This document shows, in pieces, positions 18,837 through 29,437 of a stretch of DNA of 64,000 nucleotides (the first letter of the stretch is position 1; the number at the start of each line of letters is the position of its first letter). The translations under genes and the position numbers were made by a program. The notes beneath the pieces are model-generated. The model saw nothing but the letters and a program-made list of their open reading frames with translations. It made no database searches and was not told the DNA's origin. This stretch comes from an uncultured Clostridia bacterium (GTDB lineage: Bacteria; Bacillota; Clostridia; TANB77; CAG-508): positions 110,514 through 174,513 of the forward strand of contig CALXVM010000001.1 in assembly GCA_944392105.1 (NCBI GenBank), written 5' to 3'.

Positions 18837-19913
18837 ATGGATAGAAAAATTAGAGTTATGCAATATGGAACTGGCAAAATGTCTGCTTATACAATGCGTT
18901 ATGTATTTGAAAAAGGAGCAGAAGTAGTAGGAGCTGTTGATGTGAATCCAGCAGTTATTGGTAAAGACATTGGAGAAATAATGAAAACAGACAACAAAAA
19001 TGTTACAGTAAAAAATGTTAGCGAGGCTGAAAACATTATAAACGAAACTAAACCAGATATTGTTATTGTTACTACCATGAGCCTAATAAAGGATGTAGAA
19101 GATGCATTAATGTTATGTGCTAAAATGGGAGTAAATGCTATTACAACATGTGAAGAAGCTTTTTATCCAGCAAATTCTAATCCAGAAATAACAAAAAAAT
19201 TAGATGAATTGGCAAAGAAAAATAATTGTACTATTACAGGAAGCGGTTATCAAGATATTTATTGGGGACAACTTATAAGTTCTATAGCAGGATCAACACA
19301 TAAAATAACAAAAATAAAAGGAAGCTCTAGCTATAACGTAGAAGATTATGGAATAGCTTTGGCAAAAGCTCATGGGGCAGGACTTACACTAGATGAATTT
19401 GAAGACCAAGTTGCTTCTGTAGATAAAATATCAGATGAAGAAAGAAATAAAGTAATAGAAGCAGGAGATTATTTACCTTCATATATGTGGAACGTAAATG
19501 GTTGGCTATGTGAAAAATTAGGATTAACTGTTGAAAGACAAACTCAAAAAACAGTTCCACAAACATATAAAGAAGATATTTACTCAACTACATTAGGTAT
19601 GAACGTTCCAGCAGGAAATGCTACAGGAATGAGTGCAGTTGTTACTACAACTACAAAAGAAGGTATTACTTTAGAGACAGAATGTATAGGAAAAGTATAT
19701 TCTAAAGAAGATTATGATAAAAATGAGTGGACAATAGAAGGAGAACCAAATACTACTATAGTTGTAGCAAGACCAAGTACAGTAGAATTAACTTGTGCAT
19801 CTATAGTAAACAGAATTCCAGATGTAATAAATAGTGAAGCAGGATATGTTCCAACAGATAGAATGGGAGAATTAGAGTATAGAGTAAAACCACTAAATGA
19901 ATATGTAAAATAA
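18837..19913 (+). CDS. NAD(P)-dependent amine dehydrogenase of the DapB-like / 2,4-diaminopentanoate dehydrogenase family
   Basis: MDRKIRVMQYGTGKMSAYTMRYVFEKGAEVVGAVD (Rossmann motif). An AGGAGGG ribosome-binding site precedes the start. Confidence 0.55.
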   Translation: MDRKIRVMQYGTGKMSAYTMRYVFEKGAEVVGAVDVNPAVIGKDIGEIMKTDNKNVTVKNVSEAENIINETKPDIVIVTTMSLIKDVEDALMLCAKMGVNAITTCEEAFYPANSNPEITKKLDELAKKNNCTITGSGYQDIYWGQLISSIAGSTHKITKIKGSSSYNVEDYGIALAKAHGAGLTLDEFEDQVASVDKISDEERNKVIEAGDYLPSYMWNVNGWLCEKLGLTVERQTQKTVPQTYKEDIYSTTLGMNVPAGNATGMSAVVTTTTKEGITLETECIGKVYSKEDYDKNEWTIEGEPNTTIVVARPSTVELTCASIVNRIPDVINSEAGYVPTDRMGELEYRVKPLNEYVK

Positions 19914-19925
19914 AAGGAATAAATT

Positions 19926-20591
19926 ATGAGAATTAGATATAAACCATGGGCAAGACCAGAATTAGAAGCAAGTAAATTTTATATAGACAATCCAGAAGAA
20001 TATAAAGGTAGATGGAAAGAGGCTTTTAAAAACCAAGATAACGAATTACACTTAGAACTTGGTTGTGGAAAAGGAAGTTTTATATCACAACTTGCAGTTA
20101 AAAATCATAATATAAATTATTTAGCAATAGACCTAGTAGATGCAATGCTAGGTCTAGCTAAAAGAAATATAGAACAAAAATATAATGAGGCGAAAAAAGA
20201 AATTGACAACATTATAATAACAAGATATGATATAGAAAGAATTTTAAATATTTTAGATAAAGCAGATAATGTAACAAGAATATATATAAATTTTTGTAAT
20301 CCATGGCCACGAGGAAAGCATCATAAAAAGAGGCTTACACATACAAGACAATTAGAAAAATATAAACAGTTTTTAAGTAAAAATGGAGAAATATATTTTA
20401 AAACAGATGATGATGCCTTATTTTTAGATAGTTTGTCTTACCTAAAGCAAGAAGGTTTTAAAATAGAAAAATGTACATATAATTTAGAAAATGAAGAGAA
20501 TTTTTGGTATAATATTCTTACAGAACATGAGCAAATGTTTATGAACGAAGGAATAAAAATAAAAGCAGTTATAGCTAGATTGGAGGAATAA
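19926..20591 (+). CDS. trmB: tRNA (guanine-N7)-methyltransferase
   Basis: LELGCGKGSFISQLAVKNHNINYLAIDL, plus typical TrmB length and start. Confidence 0.8.
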   Translation: MRIRYKPWARPELEASKFYIDNPEEYKGRWKEAFKNQDNELHLELGCGKGSFISQLAVKNHNINYLAIDLVDAMLGLAKRNIEQKYNEAKKEIDNIIITRYDIERILNILDKADNVTRIYINFCNPWPRGKHHKKRLTHTRQLEKYKQFLSKNGEIYFKTDDDALFLDSLSYLKQEGFKIEKCTYNLENEENFWYNILTEHEQMFMNEGIKIKAVIARLEE

Positions 20592-21952
20592 TGGAAGTAG
20601 TTAATTCAATAATGAATTATTTTAAAAACATTACAACAGAGCAAATTTTAACAATGGTTATAGCACTTGCTATAATAATATTATTCTGTTTATTAAGTTC
20701 TTTAATTGCATATGGAATAATAAAAATTTTTAAATGGAAAAGCAAAGGAAAAGAAATAAAGGAAAACTCATTATACAAGCCATTAAAAACAGTTGTTATT
20801 TGGGTTGGATTACATATTGCAATTTTAACATTAGGTCTTCCAAGCAATGTAAATGCTATTTGCAATAAAATATTTAGAATAGGTGCAATAATAATTATAG
20901 CAGTTGGTATAGCTAATATGTTCTCACCAGATTCTAAAATATTTAAGAAAATTGCTAATCATAAAAGAATAAAAGGAAATCAAACTTTAATAAATTTTAT
21001 TAGTAAAGTAACGAAAGGCATAATTTATGTTATTGCAATATTCCTAGTAATGGCTGAGCTAAACTTTAACCTAAGTGGTTTAATTGCAGGGCTTGGTTTA
21101 GGAGGAGTAATAGTAGCTCTAGCTGCACAAGATATTGCCAAAAATTTATTTGGAGGGATGGCAATTATAGTAGATAAGCCATTTTCTGTTGGGGATTGGA
21201 TACAAACAACTAATTATTCTGGAACTGTAGAGGACATATCATTTAGGAGTACACGTCTTAGAATGACAGACAATACAGTGGTTACTATACAAAATTCTAC
21301 ATTATCAAATGAGCCTGTTATAAACTATGCAAAACTTCCAATGAGAAGATTTTCTACAACATTAAATTTAGCATTAGAAACAAATTCTAATGTAGTAGAA
21401 AATATAATAGGAAAAGTAAAATTTGCTCTCTCAAATACAGACGGAGTGCTTCCAAATGACCTTAATGTGTATTTGCAGAAAATTGCAGATGATGGAATAG
21501 AAATAGGAATATTTTTTAATACCAATATTGTTTCATATTATGATTATTTAAGTTTTTGCGAGCAAGTTAACTTATTGTTACTAAAGGTATTAGAATCTGA
21601 AAATGTAAAACTTGCATATCCTACACAAAAAGTATATGTAGCAGATAAAAATGATTTTAACGAAAGCAGTAAAAAAGTTACTAGTAAGAGTGCTTTAAAC
21701 AATGAAAAAATAGAAAAAATGCTTAATGAATGTATAAATAAAAATATAGACGAAATAGTAAATGGTAAGCAAAATAAAACTTTAGATAGTAAAAATAATG
21801 GCAATAAAAAAGAAAATGAAGAAGAAATTAGTACAATTAATAGGATAAGTACTAAAATAACAAAATCAGCAAAAAGAGTTACAGATGCAATTGTTAAAGT
21901 AGAAAAAAAGCCTAAAAAGTCGAAAAAGAAAGATGAAAAAATTACAAAATAA
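20591..21952 (+). CDS. Mechanosensitive ion channel, MscS family
   Basis: TM helices followed by the MscS beta-domain motif DKPFSVGDWIQT...GTVEDISFRSTRLR. Confidence 0.75.
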   Translation: MEVVNSIMNYFKNITTEQILTMVIALAIIILFCLLSSLIAYGIIKIFKWKSKGKEIKENSLYKPLKTVVIWVGLHIAILTLGLPSNVNAICNKIFRIGAIIIIAVGIANMFSPDSKIFKKIANHKRIKGNQTLINFISKVTKGIIYVIAIFLVMAELNFNLSGLIAGLGLGGVIVALAAQDIAKNLFGGMAIIVDKPFSVGDWIQTTNYSGTVEDISFRSTRLRMTDNTVVTIQNSTLSNEPVINYAKLPMRRFSTTLNLALETNSNVVENIIGKVKFALSNTDGVLPNDLNVYLQKIADDGIEIGIFFNTNIVSYYDYLSFCEQVNLLLLKVLESENVKLAYPTQKVYVADKNDFNESSKKVTSKSALNNEKIEKMLNECINKNIDEIVNGKQNKTLDSKNNGNKKENEEEISTINRISTKITKSAKRVTDAIVKVEKKPKKSKKKDEKITK

Positions 21953-21962
21953 GTAAACAAAT

Positions 21963-21991
21963 TTGCAAATATATGGAAAAGGGTGTATAAT
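21963..21991 (+). promoter_or_regulatory. Consensus SigA promoter: TTGCAA, 17 nt, TG-n-TATAAT
   Basis: TTGCAA at 21963-21968; extended -10 tgTATAAT at 21984-21991. Confidence 0.6.
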
Positions 21992-22049
21992 ATTTATATG
22001 AGTTCCTTATAAGTGTGTGGCATTATTATAGAGAGGACTAGATAGAAAT

Positions 22050-22442
22050 ATGATGAACAACGAGACTGTGAAGCAGGCAAAAACCATGAAGGCTCTGTAC
22101 GAAATGCGGAGCACAGGACGTTTTCCTACTCTTGAAGTAGAAGAAGAGTCTTTATGGATGGAGGTAACAGAGCTGTTGCGTACAAGCGTACTCTTCAGCG
22201 AATCGCCTCTTATGAAGGCTCGAATCCTCATCTTTCAGGATTGGGAGAAGCTTTCGCTTAGCTACCGTTTAGGTAGCGACGACAAGACTCTTAAGCGCCA
22301 GTTTGCTTTGGAGTACAACTGCAACCGCATTAACGCTCTCAAGAACAGAGCTGAGCGAAATGGCTATAAAACTAAATATAGCCCGCCGGATGAACAGTAT
22401 AAAGCTGGTCTTTTGGAAATCGAACTGGATTTGACCAAGTAA
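22050..22442 (+). CDS. Hypothetical 130-aa protein in a compositionally foreign GC-rich (about 47%) segment
   Basis: Long ORF with GC-rich codon usage (aag, ctg, cgc, agc) unlike the host. Followed by a GC-rich terminator. No recognisable motif. Confidence 0.5.
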   Translation: MMNNETVKQAKTMKALYEMRSTGRFPTLEVEEESLWMEVTELLRTSVLFSESPLMKARILIFQDWEKLSLSYRLGSDDKTLKRQFALEYNCNRINALKNRAERNGYKTKYSPPDEQYKAGLLEIELDLTK

Positions 22443-22492
22443 CGACGATTTTTCGGAACTCTAAAAAGAGAAAATAATGCTAACACACTAAT

Positions 22493-22521
22493 CCCCGCGC
22501 CTTTGTGCGGGGTATTTTTTT
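22493..22521 (+). terminator. GC-rich rho-independent terminator (ccccgc...gcgggg followed by T7)
   Basis: aatccccgcgcctttgtgcggggtattttttt. Confidence 0.75.
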
Positions 22522-22690
22522 GCGTAATTAAAAATGTAAAACATAAAACAATTAGAAAACAAATTAAGTTTTAACAAAGGGTCAATTGAAAAAGTAAAAC
22601 AGTTTTAACAAATATATATTTTTTTGTTCACAATATAGACATAATAAATAGTTATAATATATAATAACTATGTGTATTAGGAGGTTATAT

Positions 22691-23368
22691 ATGAGTGATA
22701 TAACAGTATTAGTAGTAGATGATGAATCAAGGATGAGAAAACTAATTAGAGATTTTTTAAGCCAAAAACAATATAAAATATTGGAGGCTGGAGATGGAGA
22801 AGAGGCTTTAAAAGTATTTGAAGAAAATCAAAATAGTATAAACTTAATTTTATTAGATGTAATGATGCCTAAATTAGATGGATGGTCTGTTTTAAGACAG
22901 ATAAGACAAACTTCTAAAGTGCCAATAGTTATGCTAACAGCAAGAGGAGAGGAACAAGACGAGTTATTTGGGTTTGAGTTAGGTGTAGATGAATATATAT
23001 CTAAACCTTTTAGTCCAAAAATATTGGTAGCAAGAGTTGAAGCTATATTAAAAAGAACTCAAGCAGAAGAAAATAAAGTAATAGATTGTGGCGGAATTAC
23101 TATAGACACAGAAGGAAGAACTGTAAAAGTAGACGGCAAAGAAATAGAAATGAGCTTAAGAGAGTATGAGCTTTTAAAATACTTAATGGACAATGCTAAT
23201 ATTGCTCTATCTAGAGATAAAATACTAAATAATGTGTGGAACTATGATTATTATGGAGATTCTAGAACTATAGATAGCCATATAAAGAAAATAAGACATA
23301 AACTTGGTAAAAAGGGAAAATACATAGAAACTATTAGAGGCGTTGGTTATAAGTTTGAAGTAAAATAA
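22691..23368 (+). CDS. OmpR-family response regulator
   Basis: Receiver domain (VLVVDDE...LLDVMMPKLDG) plus winged-helix C-terminus (...IETIRGVGYKF). GGAGG site precedes the start. Confidence 0.85.
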   Translation: MSDITVLVVDDESRMRKLIRDFLSQKQYKILEAGDGEEALKVFEENQNSINLILLDVMMPKLDGWSVLRQIRQTSKVPIVMLTARGEEQDELFGFELGVDEYISKPFSPKILVARVEAILKRTQAEENKVIDCGGITIDTEGRTVKVDGKEIEMSLREYELLKYLMDNANIALSRDKILNNVWNYDYYGDSRTIDSHIKKIRHKLGKKGKYIETIRGVGYKFEVK

Positions 23369-23383
23369 TAAGAGGATTATATA

Positions 23384-24889
23384 ATGGAAAAGTTAAGAGA
23401 AAGATTAAAATCTGTAAGATTTAAACTGTTTTTAGTAATGTGTGTAGTTATAGCATTTATAATACTATGTCTAATACTAGTAAATAGTATTGTTTTAGAA
23501 ACATTTTATATGTATTCAAAAACAAACACTGTAAGAGCAGTTTATAGTAGAATTAATGACTACTATTCATCAAATAATATAAATATAGATTTAGATGAAG
23601 AATTAAAAAACATTGCATTTAAAAATAACTTTGATATTGTAATTCAAGCTGACAATAACATTATAGTATTTTCTACTAACAGAGATTTTATAAGTTCTAT
23701 AGACCAAGTAATGGACACAGAGGCAGCAAATAGCCAAGATAATACTAATATTATATATAAAGATAAGGACATGACAATAAGAAAAGTAGTAAGTAGTAAT
23801 AGTTCTATGAATTATATATTACTAAGCGGAAACTTAGTAAATGATTATAAATTATACATAAGAATTCCAATAGCTCCAATAGAGGAAAGTGTTAGAATTT
23901 CTAATAATGTTTTAATATTTATAGGATGTATAACAATAATTATTGCAGGAATTATAGCATCTGTAATTTCTAAAAAATTTACAGACCCAATTTTAGAGTT
24001 AAACAGTATAACAAATAAAATGGCAAGATTAGACTTTAGTCAAAAATATGTAACAAAAGATGTAGATGATGAGATTAATGAGCTAGGAAAAAACATTAAC
24101 ACTATGTCTAATAAGCTAGAAACTATAATAAATCAACTTAGAGACAACAACATAGAACTTGAAAAAGACATTGAAGAAAAGTCTAAAATAGATGAGATGA
24201 GAAAGCAATTTATTTCAGACGTATCACATGAGTTGAAAACACCTATAGCTTTAATTCAAGGATATGCAGAAGGGCTAGTAGAAAATGTAACAACAGATGA
24301 CGAATCTAGAAAGTTTTATGCGGAAGTTATTTTAGACGAGTCAAATAAAATGGACAAATTAGTAAAACAATTACTAGAACTTATGAAATTAGAGTATGGA
24401 AAAAGAGAATTTACTAACGAAAAATTTGACTTAAGAGAACTAGTTAATGAAGTTATTAGAAAATGTGATGTAATGCTTAAAGAAAATGACATTGCAATAA
24501 ACTTTAAACAAGATGAGCCTGTTTATATTTATGCAGATGAGTTTTATATAGAACAAGCAGTAACAAATTATTTTACTAATGCTATAAAACATGCAGAAGA
24601 AAAAGATGGAAAAAAAGAAATAGAAATAAGATTAGAAAAATTAAAAGATAAGGACAAAGTTAGATTATATGTTTACAATACTGGAGAAAATATAGCACAA
24701 GAAGATTTAGATAGAATTTGGAAAAGATTTTATAAAGTAGATACTTCTAGAAATAGAGAAAATGGAGGTACAGGAATAGGCTTAGCTTTAGTTAAAGCAA
24801 TAATGAATAATTATAAAAATGAGTATGGTGTTATAAATAAAGAAAATGGTGTGGAATTTTATTTTGATTTAGACTTGAGCAAAGAATAA
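23384..24889 (+). CDS. Sensor histidine kinase (two TM segments, HAMP, HisKA, HATPase)
   Basis: H-box ISDVSHELKTP; N/G boxes (YFTNAIKHA, GGTGIGLALV). Confidence 0.85.
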   Translation: MEKLRERLKSVRFKLFLVMCVVIAFIILCLILVNSIVLETFYMYSKTNTVRAVYSRINDYYSSNNINIDLDEELKNIAFKNNFDIVIQADNNIIVFSTNRDFISSIDQVMDTEAANSQDNTNIIYKDKDMTIRKVVSSNSSMNYILLSGNLVNDYKLYIRIPIAPIEESVRISNNVLIFIGCITIIIAGIIASVISKKFTDPILELNSITNKMARLDFSQKYVTKDVDDEINELGKNINTMSNKLETIINQLRDNNIELEKDIEEKSKIDEMRKQFISDVSHELKTPIALIQGYAEGLVENVTTDDESRKFYAEVILDESNKMDKLVKQLLELMKLEYGKREFTNEKFDLRELVNEVIRKCDVMLKENDIAINFKQDEPVYIYADEFYIEQAVTNYFTNAIKHAEEKDGKKEIEIRLEKLKDKDKVRLYVYNTGENIAQEDLDRIWKRFYKVDTSRNRENGGTGIGLALVKAIMNNYKNEYGVINKENGVEFYFDLDLSKE

Positions 24890-24895
24890 AGAAGA

Positions 24896-24929
24896 ATAGT
24901 GAGGTAATAATATTACTTCACTATTTTTA
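24896..24929 (+). terminator. Rho-independent terminator
   Basis: atagtgaggtaat / attacttcactat (13-bp stem) followed by TTTTT. Confidence 0.65.
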
Positions 24930-25340
24930 ATTGCTTATTACAAAAAAATCTTACTTTGCATTAAGAAGTTTTTAATTAAATCTTTACTAAGACTTCAAAA
25001 TTCATTCATAAAATGGTCATAAATAAAATGTAAAATAAAAGCATATTAAGAGAGGAGGCGGTAGAAAAAAATGAATAAAGAAAATAGCATTGGAATTTTG
25101 TAAAGGAGGAATGCTATGGTAGATTAGTTTTGAAAATATTTGACATAAAGAAATAAAAAAATATTTTAAATAAATAATAAATTAGTAATATATAAAAAAG
25201 GAGAGTGGTGCCTATAAGTAATTTAAGTAGATGTGATGCACAATAATATATAAGATATAAGTGTAAAATTATAGATATTATAATAACCCCATAAAATGTT
25301 ATATAAATAATTACCCTTAAATGAGATATAGATAAGAAGG

Positions 25341-25379
25341 AATGGCTTGGAATCTTAAGTACAGCCATTTCTTTTTTTG
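25341..25379 (+). terminator. Rho-independent terminator in the leader upstream of the ABC transporter
   Basis: aatggct...agccatt followed by tcttttttt. Confidence 0.5.
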
Positions 25380-25569
25380 CGCAAAAACTCTCCTTAATAA
25401 AAACTTAATTATTTAGCTAATTTTTTCTTAATAAATTATATGGTATTATAAAAATATCAATTAAAGCTTTAAACAATTTTACAAAATTCAAATTAAAGCA
25501 ATTTTATAAAATTGTGAAAAATGCTATAAAAGTTTCGAAACTAAAAATATAAATTAAGGAGGAGATAAA

Positions 25570-26475
25570 GTGGGAGATGTAGTACTTAAGTGTGAGCATT
25601 TACACAAAAACTTTGGAAGAAAAGAAATATTAAAAGATGTTTCTTTAGAATTAGAAAAAGGAGATATTTTAGGGTTTATAGGACCAAATGGTGCAGGAAA
25701 GACTACAACAATAAAATTAATTTTAGGACTTCAAAGTATTACAAGTGGAACTGTTAATATTAATGGATATGATATAACTAATAATTTTACAAAAGCAATA
25801 GAAAAAGTGGGAGCAATAGTTGAAAATCCAGATTTGTATATGTATTTAACAGGATATGAAAACTTAAAGTTAATAGCTAATTTATATAAAGGTGTTGGAA
25901 AAGATAGAATAGACGAAGTTGTAAAATTAGTAAAGTTGGAAAATAGAATAAATGATAAAGTGTCTAAATATTCATTGGGAATGAGACAAAGACTGGGTAT
26001 TGCCCAAGCTATTTTGCATAAACCAAATTTGTTAATTTTAGATGAGCCAACAAATGGGTTAGACCCAGAAGGTATAAAGGAAATAAGAGAGCTTTTAAAA
26101 GAACTAGCAGAAAAAGAAAAAATGGCAGTTTTAATTTCTAGTCATAATCTTTTAGAATTAGAAACTTTTTGTAACAAAATTTGTATTATAAAAAATGGAA
26201 AAGTAATGGAAACAAATAAGATAGAAGATGTAAAAAATGTTGCAAAGAGCGGATATATATTTGAAATTGATAATACAGAAATGGTAGACAAAATGCTTAA
26301 AGGCGTTACTGTTATAGATAATACAAAATTTAAAATTGATATAGAAAGAGAAGAAGTACCAAGTATAGTAAAGAGACTTGTAGAAAATGACATAAAAATT
26401 TATTCTATAAATGAAGAAAAAATTTCATTAGAGGATGCGTTCTTAAAAAAGACAGGGGGTAATGTAATTGATTAG
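25570..26475 (+). CDS. ABC transporter ATP-binding protein (GTG start)
   Basis: Walker A GPNGAGKTT; signature YSLGMRQRLGIA; Walker B LLILDEPTNGLD. AGGAGGA site precedes the GTG. Confidence 0.85.
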   Translation: MGDVVLKCEHLHKNFGRKEILKDVSLELEKGDILGFIGPNGAGKTTTIKLILGLQSITSGTVNINGYDITNNFTKAIEKVGAIVENPDLYMYLTGYENLKLIANLYKGVGKDRIDEVVKLVKLENRINDKVSKYSLGMRQRLGIAQAILHKPNLLILDEPTNGLDPEGIKEIRELLKELAEKEKMAVLISSHNLLELETFCNKICIIKNGKVMETNKIEDVKNVAKSGYIFEIDNTEMVDKMLKGVTVIDNTKFKIDIEREEVPSIVKRLVENDIKIYSINEEKISLEDAFLKKTGGNVID

Positions 26476-27937
26476 ATTAATAAAAAATGAATTAGCTAAA
26501 ATCTTTAAGAAAAAGAGTTTTTACATTGTTATGTTAGTAACTTTAGCTTTTATAATAGGTTATAACGTAATAATGAAAAACATAAGTAATTCAGAAAATA
26601 TTAACTATTATGGGAACTTAGATGAGCAAATAGTTTATATGGAAGCAGAATTAAAGGAATTAAATCCATTAGATGAAAATGATAAATCACAGTATATAGA
26701 TTATAAATCAAGCTTAGAAACATATAAATTAATGAAAAAATACGGTGTAAATTCATGGCAGTTTTTAATAGTTCAAACTAAGATAAATCCATATTTAAGA
26801 GACTTAGCTACATACGACACAATGATAAATAAAGATGAAGTTGCTTATAAAGAAACTTTAAATGAGTATAACGAATTAATTTCAAGACTAGACAAAGAAG
26901 ACTGGCAATCTTTTGCACGAGATGATTTAGAAGAAGCAAATAAACAAATAGAAGAGCAAAAGAAAATAAAAGAAAGTGCAGAAACAGAAAAACAAATGGC
27001 AGAAGCAGACAAAATGATAAGATATTTAGAAGTACAAAAACAGACATTAGAATGGAGACTAGATAAAAACATTAGTTATGAGTCTAGCTATTATAATGGA
27101 TTAATAGATCAATATTATAATTCAAGCATTAGTGTTATAGATTATGAAATGAGTAAAAGTGAATCAGATACAACTTTAATGAAGCAAGATTATTACGATA
27201 GTTTAGAAAGAGCTAATAAGGCTAAATATGATATAGAAAATGGAACAAGAACACAAGACGAGAGCAATGCAAGAGGAATGTTAGTAAACTTCTTCTCAGA
27301 ATACGAAATATTTATTGTTATTGTTATAGTAATGATAGCAGGAACAATTGTTAGTGAGGAATTTAACAAGGGTACGGTAAAATTATTACTTATAAGACCA
27401 TATAAAAGAACGACAATACTAACATCTAAATTTATTACATGCTTAATTATGCTAGCAATTATAATAATTTCTATTATGCTAATGCAGTTTGTTGTAGGAG
27501 GAGTAGTATTTGGATTTGATAGTTTGCAAACCCAAGCTATAGAATATGACTTTAATGCACACTCTATTCAAGAAATGAGCATAGCAAGTTACATGCTAAT
27601 ACAAACTATAGGAAAACTTCCTATATATGTGCTATTAATGACCTTAGCATTTGCTTTAAGCACATTATTTAATAATAGTGCTGTTGCAATTACATTAACT
27701 CTATTAGGTTATATGGGTTCATCTATGATAAATATGATTGGTATACAGTTAGACTTAGATTGGGTAAAATATTTTGTAACTCCTAACTGGGATTTAACAC
27801 AACATTTCTTTGGTGCAATTCCAATGTATGAAGGCACTTCATTAGAGTTTGCAATGGTTATAAATGCAATATACTTTATAATTATGCTTATACCAACATA
27901 CATAGTATTTAAAAAGAGAAATATAAAGAATATTTAA
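26468..27937 (+). CDS. ABC-2 type transporter permease with a large coiled-coil soluble domain
   Basis: N-terminal TM helix, about 250 aa of charged coiled-coil, then 5 TM helices. Overlaps the ATPase gene by 8 nt. Confidence 0.6.
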   Translation: MIRLIKNELAKIFKKKSFYIVMLVTLAFIIGYNVIMKNISNSENINYYGNLDEQIVYMEAELKELNPLDENDKSQYIDYKSSLETYKLMKKYGVNSWQFLIVQTKINPYLRDLATYDTMINKDEVAYKETLNEYNELISRLDKEDWQSFARDDLEEANKQIEEQKKIKESAETEKQMAEADKMIRYLEVQKQTLEWRLDKNISYESSYYNGLIDQYYNSSISVIDYEMSKSESDTTLMKQDYYDSLERANKAKYDIENGTRTQDESNARGMLVNFFSEYEIFIVIVIVMIAGTIVSEEFNKGTVKLLLIRPYKRTTILTSKFITCLIMLAIIIISIMLMQFVVGGVVFGFDSLQTQAIEYDFNAHSIQEMSIASYMLIQTIGKLPIYVLLMTLAFALSTLFNNSAVAITLTLLGYMGSSMINMIGIQLDLDWVKYFVTPNWDLTQHFFGAIPMYEGTSLEFAMVINAIYFIIMLIPTYIVFKKRNIKNI

Positions 27938-28055
27938 AGAAAAATTGTTTAACATATAATATAAAAATTTTACTTATACTAGTTTGAGAATTGTCTAATC
28001 AAAAATTTTATTTATATTATTATAAATATGGTTTAATTAAAATTATTAGCAATAA

Positions 28056-28106
28056 AAAATCCTCTTAAATGTTAAAAATTTAAGTTAGCATTTTAAGAGG
28101 ATTTTT
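28056..28106. terminator. Bidirectional terminator (14-bp stem with a long loop)
   Basis: aaaatcctcttaaa ... tttaagaggatttt. Confidence 0.5.
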
Positions 28107-28164
28107 ATTATCATAAGAAGTTTAAATATAAGTTTTACAATATTTTTTATTATTAATAATATAA

Positions 28165-28759
28165 CTAAATAATATTATTATGTTTTTTTCCTTTAGAACC
28201 AATACCACTAATTCCTCTTTGCCCATCACGCAGTTCATTTTCAAAATCACGAATAGTAACAAATTTAGAATTATCTGTAGTTGCAATAGTTTCTGCAACT
28301 ACCAAAGGGTCAACAAAATCAATTAAAATTCTTGCAGGTGAAGAGGCAAAATTGGCACCTGCTAATATTAAACCTTCATAATAACTTTGACAAGCTCCTG
28401 CAAAAATTGCTAAATGATTATCTGGATTATCAAACTTTCTAGCGTTTTCAACACATTTTATAAAGTATTTGGAATTTCTATAATTATATAAATCATTATA
28501 GTTAGTACCGTTTTTTTATCATTCCATCATGACCGGTTATAACTAAAATATCTGGGTTATACTTTTTTAGTAAATTTCTTACGACCGCAGGTTGCCTATA
28601 TTCTGGTATATACTTAACAACTGCTTGAAGACCAGCTTTTTTATAATACAAACTAGATTTGTCAGTATAACGTTTGTCTCCATCTAAGTGCAATATTTTA
28701 CCGGTATGAATTTTGGTACAGTAATTTGTCCATGTAATCACCTCATATAAGCTGATTAC
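28165..28759 (-). pseudogene. yabG: Sporulation-specific protease YabG, interrupted by a frameshift in an A7/T7 homopolymer at 28502-28508 and possibly a second near the N-terminus
   Basis: Reads ...KIHTGKILHLDGDKRY...PDILVITGHDGMIKK, then shifts frame to NGTNYNDLYNYRNSKYF...AIFAGACQSYYEGLILAGANFASSPARI, matching YabG on both sides. A GAGGTG site precedes an ATG (MDKLLYQ) that is out of frame by one A in an A4 run. Confidence 0.7.
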
Positions 28760-29046
28760 TATATAATATGTCGAAAACTGTAAAATGTTCGCGTAAATAT
28801 GAGAAATAAAAATTGTTAAATAGTTCAATTACTACATAACTAAACTATATGAATTAAGTTTATGAAAGCTAAAATTTTATTATTAAAAAAATGTATCAGT
28901 TATGAAATATAATTGTAATATAAATGTAACATAAAGCTAAAACCTTTAACAATAGAGCAATACAGCCATTTTGAGCTTGCTTATAGCTTTGACAATTTAT
29001 GTCGCAAATGGTATAATCTAGCTATATTTTAGAAGTAGGTGATAGA

Positions 29047-29343
29047 ATGATTTGCCCAAATGATATTGCAACACTAAAGACAGATATCAATGAAAAAATA
29101 GGACAAAAGATAATAGTAAAAGGTTCCTTAGGAAGAAGTAAATCGTTTGAGAAAGAAGCCACTATACAAAAAGCATATCCTAGCCTTTTTGTTATAAAAT
29201 ATACAGAAGAAAATAGAAATGTAAGTTATAGTTATACAGATATTTTAACAAGAACTGTTGAAGTAGATGTTTTTAATGGAGAAGGTTATAGTCCATTATT
29301 TGTACCTTCAGAAGATATCAAAAAGAAAAAAGCAATAGTATAA
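29047..29343 (+). CDS. veg: Veg protein (biofilm and sporulation related)
   Basis: ...LGRSKSFEKEATIQKAYPSLFVIKYTEENRNVSYSYTDILTRTVEV, the Veg signature. Conserved yabG-veg synteny. Confidence 0.8.
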   Translation: MICPNDIATLKTDINEKIGQKIIVKGSLGRSKSFEKEATIQKAYPSLFVIKYTEENRNVSYSYTDILTRTVEVDVFNGEGYSPLFVPSEDIKKKKAIV

Positions 29344-29363
29344 TAAAATATTTTAAATTACAA

Positions 29364-29390
29364 AATTCCTAGAAATAGGAATTTTTTTTA
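29364..29390 (+). terminator. Rho-independent terminator after veg
   Basis: aattccta-gaaa-taggaatt followed by T7. Confidence 0.8.
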
Positions 29391-29437
29391 ATGTCCATAA
29401 ATATATATTAACTATCAGAATTTAAGGAGGGATAAAG

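Noticed and set aside
25114-25368. 84-aa minus-strand ORF in the TCS-ABC intergenic region
   Set aside because: AT-rich low-complexity translation (Ile/Tyr/Leu runs) with no ribosome-binding site. It overlaps the terminator and SD-rich leader features.
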